Below, piece by piece: positions 1 to 5,632 of a stretch of 27,147 nucleotides of DNA. Source of the stretch: Candidatus Margulisiibacteriota bacterium (GTDB taxonomy: Bacteria; Margulisbacteria; WOR-1; O2-12-FULL-45-9). The stretch is taken from positions 1-27,147 of the forward strand of contig JBDRHP010000104.1 in the NCBI GenBank assembly GCA_043816785.1, written 5' to 3'. Below the pieces are notes generated by a model. The model saw only the letters and a list, made by a program, of their open reading frames with translations, was not told where the DNA came from and made no database searches. Position 1 is the first letter of the stretch. Every line of letters begins with the position of its first letter. A program made the position numbers and the translations under genes.

Positions 1-34
1 AAAAAATCCGCGCCTGGTGATTTAGGAGGGATTT

Positions 35-61
35 GAAATTTTCACCAAAAAGTGACGATAT
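35..61 (+). promoter_or_regulatory. Possible sigma28-like promoter
   Basis: GAAA-N15-GACGATAT versus consensus TAAA-N15-GCCGATAA, ending 4 nt before ATG 66. Confidence 0.35.
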
Positions 62-65
62 ATAT

Positions 66-947
66 ATGATGAGAACAACAGCACCGATCAGAGTGCCAGC
101 TACTAGAGCAACTCGACCTAGCCAACAGGTCAGAGCCAGGCTTTCTTCTAACCGCCGATTAGCTTACTTCCTGCCTGTTTTAAGTTCCCTGCTCACTGCC
201 TGTGAATCGCCTGCAATGACTTTTGCTGGTTTTTCAGCTGTTACCATCCTGGCCTTTGTTGCTTTTGCGGTCAAAATGATCATGAAATCAGACGCTGCCC
301 AACTTAAAGCATCTAGAGCCGAAGCTGACAGGAGAGACGAGCGAATACAACGCCAGGGCGGAAGGATCAGACGGGAGATAGAATTTGGTTTTGCAACAGA
401 GACCCCGGCAACCAAGCCTGTGATCAATATTTCACGGCTGCAGAGTGAGGACATACTTTTGCATTGCTTGCAGCAGGGCAACAAGATAACAGTTTATCGC
501 GGTTATAATCCGGAATATGTTCCAGAGGTTGGTCAAGAATATACCCAAACTTTTAGCGGTACGCCAGAGCGGCGGGCTGAGTTACTGGAAAAGGCGCCCC
601 TGGAGCAATTGATCGAAGAGGCCAGGCAGGAGCATTTTCCTGGATCGCCTTCGCGCCTGGATTCTGTTTTTGCCACCACTTCCATTACTGATGCTCAGGA
701 ATTCGGCGAGGCCTATGAGCTGGAGATCTCTTTACGCCCGGAGGCAGCCAGTGCCGAACGTATACCAGTGCGCTGGCTGGACCGCAACACCGTTGATTAT
801 CTGGCTGGTTTTAGAGTTGAAGGCAACGAGGACATTATACTGGGGACTGCTCAAGCGTACTGGAGAGAATCAGGCAGCCACCATGGTATCTCTGATATCC
901 TGCTTGATCCAAATCTGGTTGAGATCCGCGTAATCGGCAAGGTCTAA
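66..947 (+). CDS. Membrane-anchored hypothetical protein with C-terminal DUF2441-like (putative ADP-ribosyltransferase-fold) domain
   Basis: ORF 33..947; ATG at 66 preferred because the TTG at 33 is only 3 nt from AGGAGG. Hydrophobic segments LAYFLPVLSSLLTAC and FAGFSAVTILAFVAFAV. C-terminal motifs VYRG, LEQLIEEARQEHFPGSPSRLDSVFATTS and AQAYW...DILL resemble DUF2441 as I recall it. Confidence 0.6.
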   Translation: MMRTTAPIRVPATRATRPSQQVRARLSSNRRLAYFLPVLSSLLTACESPAMTFAGFSAVTILAFVAFAVKMIMKSDAAQLKASRAEADRRDERIQRQGGRIRREIEFGFATETPATKPVINISRLQSEDILLHCLQQGNKITVYRGYNPEYVPEVGQEYTQTFSGTPERRAELLEKAPLEQLIEEARQEHFPGSPSRLDSVFATTSITDAQEFGEAYELEISLRPEAASAERIPVRWLDRNTVDYLAGFRVEGNEDIILGTAQAYWRESGSHHGISDILLDPNLVEIRVIGKV

Positions 948-974
948 TTACACCGCCTGCTCAAGGGGCTTTTG

Positions 975-994
975 CTGTCAATGGAGTAGGGGAT
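975..994 (+). repeat. Direct repeat copy 1 (CTGTCAATGGAGTAGGGGAT)
   Basis: Identical 20-mer at 1121-1140; 14-bp core again at 2918-2931. Confidence 0.9.
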
Positions 995-1004
995 TGGTTT
1001 TCCT

Positions 1005-1112
1005 GGGTGATGGTGAGGGTGAAGAAGCCGGTATGGTAAAGAGGTGAGGGTTTTGGGCTCTTACCCAAGAACCTTACCCAACAACCAGCCTGGCCTCCTC
1101 ACCTTCACCCTC
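1005..1112. repeat. Hexamer-periodic (GGGTGA/TCACCC) imperfect inverted repeat
   Basis: 1005-1018 pairs with 1097-1110 (13/14); 1015-1024 is the exact reverse complement of 1103-1112. Confidence 0.75.
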
Positions 1113-1120
1113 CCCTTTTT

Positions 1121-1140
1121 CTGTCAATGGAGTAGGGGAT
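1121..1140 (+). repeat. Direct repeat copy 2 (CTGTCAATGGAGTAGGGGAT)
   Basis: Identical to 975-994. Confidence 0.9.
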
Positions 1141-1147
1141 GCTGGGG

Positions 1148-1200
1148 GAGCGTAGAGCGTTTGGCGATGGCGAAGCGCGAAACGTTATGCGTGAGGCGAA
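1148..1200 (+). repeat. Degenerate GC-rich heptamer tract upstream of the cupin gene
   Basis: GAGCGTA GAGCGTT TGGCGAT...; 1183-1192 is the reverse complement of 2107-2116 and 1154-1161 of 2113-2120. Confidence 0.65.
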
Positions 1201-1209
1201 GTCGAGGTC

Positions 1210-1237
1210 TTGCTTTTTTCTATAAAGGATATAGAAT
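1210..1237 (+). promoter_or_regulatory. Putative sigma70 promoter for the cupin gene
   Basis: TTGCTT-N16-TAGAAT, 9 nt upstream of ATG 1247. Confidence 0.45.
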
Positions 1238-1246
1238 TTTATTATA

Positions 1247-1519
1247 ATGCCAAGAACCAAGATCGAGAAACCAACACCTGAACTACTCAAAGAACTAGGA
1301 ATCGACTCCTGGTCCTCCTGGGACTGTGATCCCTCTGAATTCGATTGGGAATACCCTGAAACCGAAATCGCATATGTTCAAAAGGGGCGCGTTATTGTAA
1401 TAGAAGAGGGCGGGGACGAGATTGAAGTTAAGGCTGGGGATTTGGTTACGTTTCCTAAGGGGTTGAGATGTAGGTGGAAGGTTTTGGAGAGGATTGAGAA
1501 GGTATACACTTTCGTATAA
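1247..1519 (+). CDS. Cupin domain protein (Cupin_3/DUF861-like)
   Basis: LGIDSWSSWDCDPSEFDWEYPETEIAYVQKGRV...GDLVTFPKGLRCRWKV is the typical small Cupin_3 pattern. Confidence 0.9.
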   Translation: MPRTKIEKPTPELLKELGIDSWSSWDCDPSEFDWEYPETEIAYVQKGRVIVIEEGGDEIEVKAGDLVTFPKGLRCRWKVLERIEKVYTFV

Positions 1520-1524
1520 CTGAT

Positions 1525-1683
1525 GGGCGTATGGCGTTGGGCGTCGGGCGAAGTGAGAAACGAAGAGTGATGTGCGTCAGGCGTTCCGTTACGCACTTCA
1601 CACTACGCCCGACGATTCGCCCTTCGCTTCCGTCCGACGCTTCTTGCTTCGCTTCCGCCCGACGCGCATCGCTCCTCAACGCC
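1525..1683. repeat. GC-rich heptamer-periodic inverted repeat between the convergent cupin and four-helix-bundle genes
   Basis: Left arm GGGCGTA TGGCGTT GGGCGTC GGGCGAA; right arm ACGCCCG ACGATTC... ; 1541-1550 is the exact reverse complement of 1656-1665. Contains the 29-bp repeat 1612-1640 and a partial copy 1647-1665. Confidence 0.8.
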
Positions 1684-2125
1684 TATACTTCGAGTAACTC
1701 CGCCAGGAATGTGACAAATTAAAAAGCTGCCTGCTTATCTTGTCATATAGATCTATTAGTTTAATGAGAGCAGCCGAGTTGGCTGTTGAGGCGTATAGAT
1801 CCTTGACTTGAGTTAAAGAAACGATCGTCTCATTTGATTCAGCGTGAGCATCATCAATATATTTCTGAAATCCCCTGGCCTGATGCCGTTTAGAATGTCC
1901 TTCAGCGATCAGCCTGGGGATCGCCTTGCAGGAACGCCTTAATTGATCGGCCAGATCGAATCTTTCTTCTTTTGGCAAAAGCGGCAGGATATGTTTGAAA
2001 ATGGTTAGCATAGCTTTGTAACTGTTTTGATAAACATCCAAGTCCCCGTATCCTCTGATGACGCCCGACGCCTTTCGCCTAACGATTCGCTCTTCGCTTC
2101 CGTCCGACGCATAACGCTCTTCCAT
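1676..2125 (-). CDS. Four helix bundle protein (23S rRNA IVP / TIGR02436-like)
   Basis: YGDLDVYQ...LPKEERFDLADQLRRSCKAIPRLIAEG...ESNET signature; RBS AAGGAGG lies in the last codons of the upstream ORF6N gene. Confidence 0.9.
   Translation of the reverse strand: MEERYASDGSEERIVRRKASGVIRGYGDLDVYQNSYKAMLTIFKHILPLLPKEERFDLADQLRRSCKAIPRLIAEGHSKRHQARGFQKYIDDAHAESNETIVSLTQVKDLYASTANSAALIKLIDLYDKISRQLFNLSHSWRSYSKYRR
2061..2120. repeat. Heptamer tract encoding the N-terminal extension of the four-helix-bundle protein
   Basis: ACGCCCG ACGCCTT TCGCCTA ACGATTC ... ACGCATA ACGCTCT; 2082-2110 matches 1612-1640 at 28/29. Confidence 0.85.
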
Positions 2126-2128
2126 TGC

Positions 2129-2650
2129 TCAATCCTCCTTTTTAGTAATAAAGCCGATCTTAGTTTTTGGTTTTGCTTCGGTCGCGATCATTTTTTCAAT
2201 TGCTTTGATGATCAGTCCGATCTCAGTATCGTGCCGGTCGACCTTGTGTTTGAGCTCTTTAAATAAATAGGTGAGGTCTTTGTTTGTGGCGAGGACCGTC
2301 CTTAGCTTAACAAAGGTGCGCATTATCTGAATGTTCACTTCCGCAGCTTTCTCGCTGTGCAAGACGGATGAAAGCATGGCTAACCCTTGCTCGGTGAAAG
2401 CGTAGGGTTGATACCTGCGGCCACCTCGTTTTGAGGTTCCATTTTGGAACCTCATGTTATCGTGTTCCTGCTGGGTAAGTTGGAACATAAAATCAGCTGG
2501 AAACCGCTTTGGATTCCTTGAAACAGCCTTGTTTAGATTTTTTGTTCTGACCCCATATAGTTTTGCTAGATCACTATCAATCATTACTTTTTGACCTCTG
2601 ATGAAATAAATCTTGTTCTCTATTCTCTCAATCGGCATCAACTTGTTCAT
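2129..2650 (-). CDS. ORF6N domain DNA-binding protein
   Basis: IYFIRGQKVMIDSDLAKLYGV...AVSRNPKRFPADFMFQLT...GGRRYQPYAFTEQGLAMLSSVL is the ORF6N signature; start moved to ATG 2650 behind RBS AAGGAGA. Confidence 0.92.
   Translation of the reverse strand: MNKLMPIERIENKIYFIRGQKVMIDSDLAKLYGVRTKNLNKAVSRNPKRFPADFMFQLTQQEHDNMRFQNGTSKRGGRRYQPYAFTEQGLAMLSSVLHSEKAAEVNIQIMRTFVKLRTVLATNKDLTYLFKELKHKVDRHDTEIGLIIKAIEKMIATEAKPKTKIGFITKKED
2432..2454. repeat. Perfect palindrome inside the ORF6N coding sequence
   Basis: TGAGGTTCCA-TTT-TGGAACCTCA (10-bp arms), encoding part of MRFQNGTSK. Confidence 0.9.
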
Positions 2651-2679
2651 TTTTTCTCCTTTCAATATGTATTAGCTTT

Positions 2680-2727
2680 AAGGTCACAAATTGTGACCTT
2701 GAACGAACCGGTGCCAATTTGGCACCT
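2680..2727. promoter_or_regulatory. Two tandem palindromes upstream of ORF6N (candidate operators or leader hairpins)
   Basis: AAGGTCACAA-A-TTGTGACCTT (2680-2700) and GGTGCCAA-T-TTGGCACC (2710-2726). The palindromes are certain; the regulatory role is inferred. Confidence 0.6.
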
Positions 2728-2755
2728 TAAAAGTATTACAGCAATCTTATTGCCA

Positions 2756-2898
2756 CTATTAACTAACAAAACGCTCGCTTCGCTCGCTACAACTTACAAC
2801 TAACAACTTATATTGATTTTTATTATAATAATAGGGAATTAGATATAAGTTGTAGGCCCGAAGGGCCGTGTTGTTTGTTGTAAGTAGTTAGTTAATAG
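2756..2898. repeat. AT-rich heptamer-periodic long inverted repeat (TACAACT-like units)
   Basis: 2756-2767 pairs perfectly with 2887-2898 and 2803-2813 with 2843-2853; each arm is interrupted by a GC-rich CTTCG/CGAAG insert. Confidence 0.85.
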
Positions 2899-2917
2899 GT
2901 GTCGAGATCACGACAGG

Positions 2918-2931
2918 ATGGAGTAGGGGAT
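2918..2931 (+). repeat. Direct repeat core copy 3 (ATGGAGTAGGGGAT)
   Basis: Identical to 981-994 and 1127-1140. Confidence 0.85.
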
Positions 2932-2961
2932 ATTCCGCTCCTTTTTCCAGCCTCAAAATCA

Positions 2962-2970
2962 TGCTATAAT
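2962..2970 (+). promoter_or_regulatory. Extended -10 promoter element for the holB operon
   Basis: TG-C-TATAAT, 7 nt before ATG 2978; no Shine-Dalgarno. Confidence 0.6.
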
Positions 2971-2977
2971 TATCCAA

Positions 2978-3679
2978 ATGTCGCGGGTGAAAAAAATCCT
3001 CAATGGGATCGCGAAATGCGATCGCGTAGTAGGGGCTTATTTGTTCGTTGGGCCGCCTGGAGTTGGCAAAAAACAAGCAGCGCAGGACTTTGTGGCGTCG
3101 CTTAAGTGCCAAAAGCAGGATGTGTTCAATGTCGCGCCTACCGGCAAGAGCTTGAAGATAGACGAGATCAGAGAACTGCAAAAGTGGGTGCGATTTGGCC
3201 CCTCGATCAGTCCTTATCTGGTGGTCATTGTTGAGCAAGCAGATACTTTAACTGATCAAGCGGCCGCGGCTTTTCTGAAGACCTTGGAAGAGCCGGCAGC
3301 GGGTGTGGTTTTTGTGCTGCTGGCAGAGCGCGAAGATAAGCTTCCAGCAACAATCTTATCGCGTTGCCAGAAAATAGTTTTTGCCGAGCTAGCCATTCCG
3401 TGGCAGGCTGATCCTGGCCTGGATACTTTTTATAGCGGCTTAAGGGATATTAAAGGCAAAGGGGTAGAGGCAGCGTTGAGTTTTGCGATCAGATTAGGCA
3501 CGGAAAAAGACAGGATCGAAGACCTGCTTTACGAGTTAGCCAGCTTTGTGCGCTATGACCTGCTTGACGCCAAGGCGGCCAGGATAATCCTTGATACTGT
3601 GCGCTACATCAAGCGCCGGGCAAATTTAAAATTGGCTTTGGATGTTATGTGTTTAAAATTAGGTGGGGAAAATGTCTGA
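2978..3679 (+). CDS. holB: DNA polymerase III delta-prime subunit-like (short form)
   Basis: AYLFVGPPGVGK, KIDEIREL, AAAAFLKTLEEP, LPATILSRCQ motifs; followed by a PSP1 gene as in holB-yaaT synteny. Confidence 0.85.
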   Translation: MSRVKKILNGIAKCDRVVGAYLFVGPPGVGKKQAAQDFVASLKCQKQDVFNVAPTGKSLKIDEIRELQKWVRFGPSISPYLVVIVEQADTLTDQAAAAFLKTLEEPAAGVVFVLLAEREDKLPATILSRCQKIVFAELAIPWQADPGLDTFYSGLRDIKGKGVEAALSFAIRLGTEKDRIEDLLYELASFVRYDLLDAKAARIILDTVRYIKRRANLKLALDVMCLKLGGENV

Positions 3680-4349
3680 AAAAGATGCAACAGATAAACA
3701 TCAGTTAGCGATCAAGCTCAGGAAATTCAACCGGATCTGTCCTATTGCCGGTTATAAAGAGGGATCGATCCGGGTTGGTTCGCCGGTAATTGTCCAAACC
3801 GATCGGGGGATCGAATGCGGGGAGATCGTGTCCTATCCGCTGGGGCTGCCCAAAGCCTTGTCCCGCGACGTCAAACTAAAAAAAGTCGTTCGTTACGCCA
3901 CCGCCCAGGACCAAGCTAAGATCGAAACCCTGCCGGAGATGGAAACCAAGGCCCAACAAATGGCTGCAGAAAAAATTCGCGAGCATGAGCTGCAGATCAA
4001 GATCATTAGCGTTGAATACCTGTTTGATACCGGCCGGGCGACTGTCTACTACAAGGTCCACGAAGGCAAAAAGATCAATAACCTGCGCGACCTGACCAGG
4101 GACCTGTCGAATAGTTTAGCCGCCCGGGTTAATTTGCGCCAGCTCTCTCCGCGGGATGAAGCCCGGATCCTGAGCGGATTGGGGACCTGTGGCAGAAAGT
4201 TATGTTGCTCAAACTGGCTGGAAAAACCCAGACATGTTACGGTCAGGATGGTCAAGGATCAGGGTTTGCAGATCTCGCCGTCCAAAACCTCGGGCATCTG
4301 CGGCCGGCTGATGTGCTGCCTGGAATACGAACACGAAAAAAAACAATAG
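3672..4349 (+). CDS. ricT: PSP1 domain protein (YaaT/RicT family)
   Basis: VIVQTDRGIECG, RDEARILSGLGTCGRKLCC and SGICGRLMCCLEYE motifs. Confidence 0.85.
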   Translation: MSEKDATDKHQLAIKLRKFNRICPIAGYKEGSIRVGSPVIVQTDRGIECGEIVSYPLGLPKALSRDVKLKKVVRYATAQDQAKIETLPEMETKAQQMAAEKIREHELQIKIISVEYLFDTGRATVYYKVHEGKKINNLRDLTRDLSNSLAARVNLRQLSPRDEARILSGLGTCGRKLCCSNWLEKPRHVTVRMVKDQGLQISPSKTSGICGRLMCCLEYEHEKKQ

Positions 4350-4364
4350 TAAGGAGGGAAAATT

Positions 4365-4559
4365 ATGCCAAGGATAGAAATCAGAAAAGGTGAGGGACTG
4401 GAAAAGGCGCTGCGCAAGTTCAAGATGAAACTCCGTCAGGAAGGAGTCCTGGATGAGGTTAAGAAGCGCGAATTCTATGAAAAGCCTTCCCAGCGAAAAC
4501 GCAAACAAGCGGAAGCAGCTGTTCGACGGGAGAAAAAACGAGTCAGAGATTCTGAATGA
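4365..4559 (+). CDS. rpsU: 30S ribosomal protein S21
   Basis: LEKALRKFK...KKREFYEKPS motif; RBS AAGGAGG upstream. Confidence 0.96.
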   Translation: MPRIEIRKGEGLEKALRKFKMKLRQEGVLDEVKKREFYEKPSQRKRKQAEAAVRREKKRVRDSE

Positions 4560-5632
4560 AAGTAATTGACCGTTACGTTTTCATGGAGATGCTCGGGCCG
4601 TTCATGATCGGCGTGATCGGCTTTGTGCTGGTCCTGGCGGTTGATCTGCTGTTTACCATGGCGGACCTGATCATCAACAAAGGGATACCGCTTTGGGCCG
4701 TGCTAAAACTTTTGCTCTATAAGCTGCCGGCGATCATGGTGTTGACCTTTCCGGTCTCAACGCTCTTTGCTACAGCTATGGCCCTGGGCCGGCTGTCCAA
4801 GGATAATGAGATCATCGCCCTGCGCACCTCCGGCATAACCCTTTTTCGGATCTCCGTGCCGATAGTGATCATCGGCGTAGTTGTCAGCCTGGCTTCTTAT
4901 ATTACCAATGAAAAGATAGTGCCGCATGCCAATTTCGTTTCCTCCAACATCATCAGGCAGATCATTTATAAACGGCCGCTGCCGGAGGTGAAAGAGAACG
5001 TTTTCTTTAAAGACGCCCGTGACCGCTACTATTACGCCCGCCGTGTTGATATGAAAACTAAGACCATGGACAATATCATGGTTTATGAAATAACTGATGA
5101 GCGTTTTCCGCGGGTTATCCTGGCTGATCGGGCGACTTTTCAAGGCAGGATCTGGGATCTTGAGAAAGGCATTATCCATAAATATGACGAAAAAGGTTAT
5201 CTAAAATACGAAGCAGCTTTTGCCAATATGCAGCTGAATGTCTCAGAGGATGTCTTAAGCTTCAGCGAACAAAAGACTTCGCAGAACATGAACAGTTTTG
5301 AATTAAAAAGCATGATCAACACCCTGAGCAAAGGCGGGGTCAATACCCACGCCTTTCAGACCGAGCTTTATATGAAATATTCCATCCCGCTGACCTGTTT
5401 TGTTTTTGCTTTGATCGGCATTCCTTTTTCTTTGCCCTCGCCGCGCACGGGCCGGACCTGGGGCATGGTCATGACGATCGTCTTTATGTTTACTTTCTAT
5501 GTTTTTGCCTCAGTTTTCCGCTCACTGGGCACGGGAGGCATCCTGCCTCCGCTGGTAGCGGCTTTTACGCCGCAGGTCTCCTTTACAATTCTCGGCGGGC
5601 TATTGCTTTTCCGCGAAGGCTCATTTAAATAA
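4556..5632 (+). CDS. LptF/LptG family LPS export permease
   Basis: IDRYVF start, GRLSKDNEIIALRTSGI motif, 3 TM + periplasmic domain + 3 TM layout. Confidence 0.9.
   Translation: MKVIDRYVFMEMLGPFMIGVIGFVLVLAVDLLFTMADLIINKGIPLWAVLKLLLYKLPAIMVLTFPVSTLFATAMALGRLSKDNEIIALRTSGITLFRISVPIVIIGVVVSLASYITNEKIVPHANFVSSNIIRQIIYKRPLPEVKENVFFKDARDRYYYARRVDMKTKTMDNIMVYEITDERFPRVILADRATFQGRIWDLEKGIIHKYDEKGYLKYEAAFANMQLNVSEDVLSFSEQKTSQNMNSFELKSMINTLSKGGVNTHAFQTELYMKYSIPLTCFVFALIGIPFSLPSPRTGRTWGMVMTIVFMFTFYVFASVFRSLGTGGILPPLVAAFTPQVSFTILGGLLLFREGSFK

Noticed and set aside
976..1127. TTGACA inside the direct repeat (minus strand) as -35 promoter boxes
   Set aside because: No -10-like hexamer at 16-18 nt spacing in either copy, and the third copy lacks it.
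1455..1722. Short ORFs 1455..1679 (-) and 1531..1722 (+) as genes
   Set aside because: They are translations of the repeat tract; the similarity to the four-helix-bundle N-terminus comes from the DNA repeat.
1676..2125. Diversity-generating retroelement (four-helix bundle as Avd, 29-bp repeats as TR/VR)
   Set aside because: No reverse transcriptase in the window; the repeats are far shorter than TR/VR pairs and differ at only one position.
975..2931. CRISPR array built from the 20-bp repeat
   Set aside because: Only 2-3 copies, intervals of 126 bp and about 1.8 kb, no cas genes in the window.
2978..3679. holB as a pseudogene because it is short and lacks the zinc module
   Set aside because: The frame is intact, core motifs are present, and it has a promoter and the usual PSP1 neighbour.
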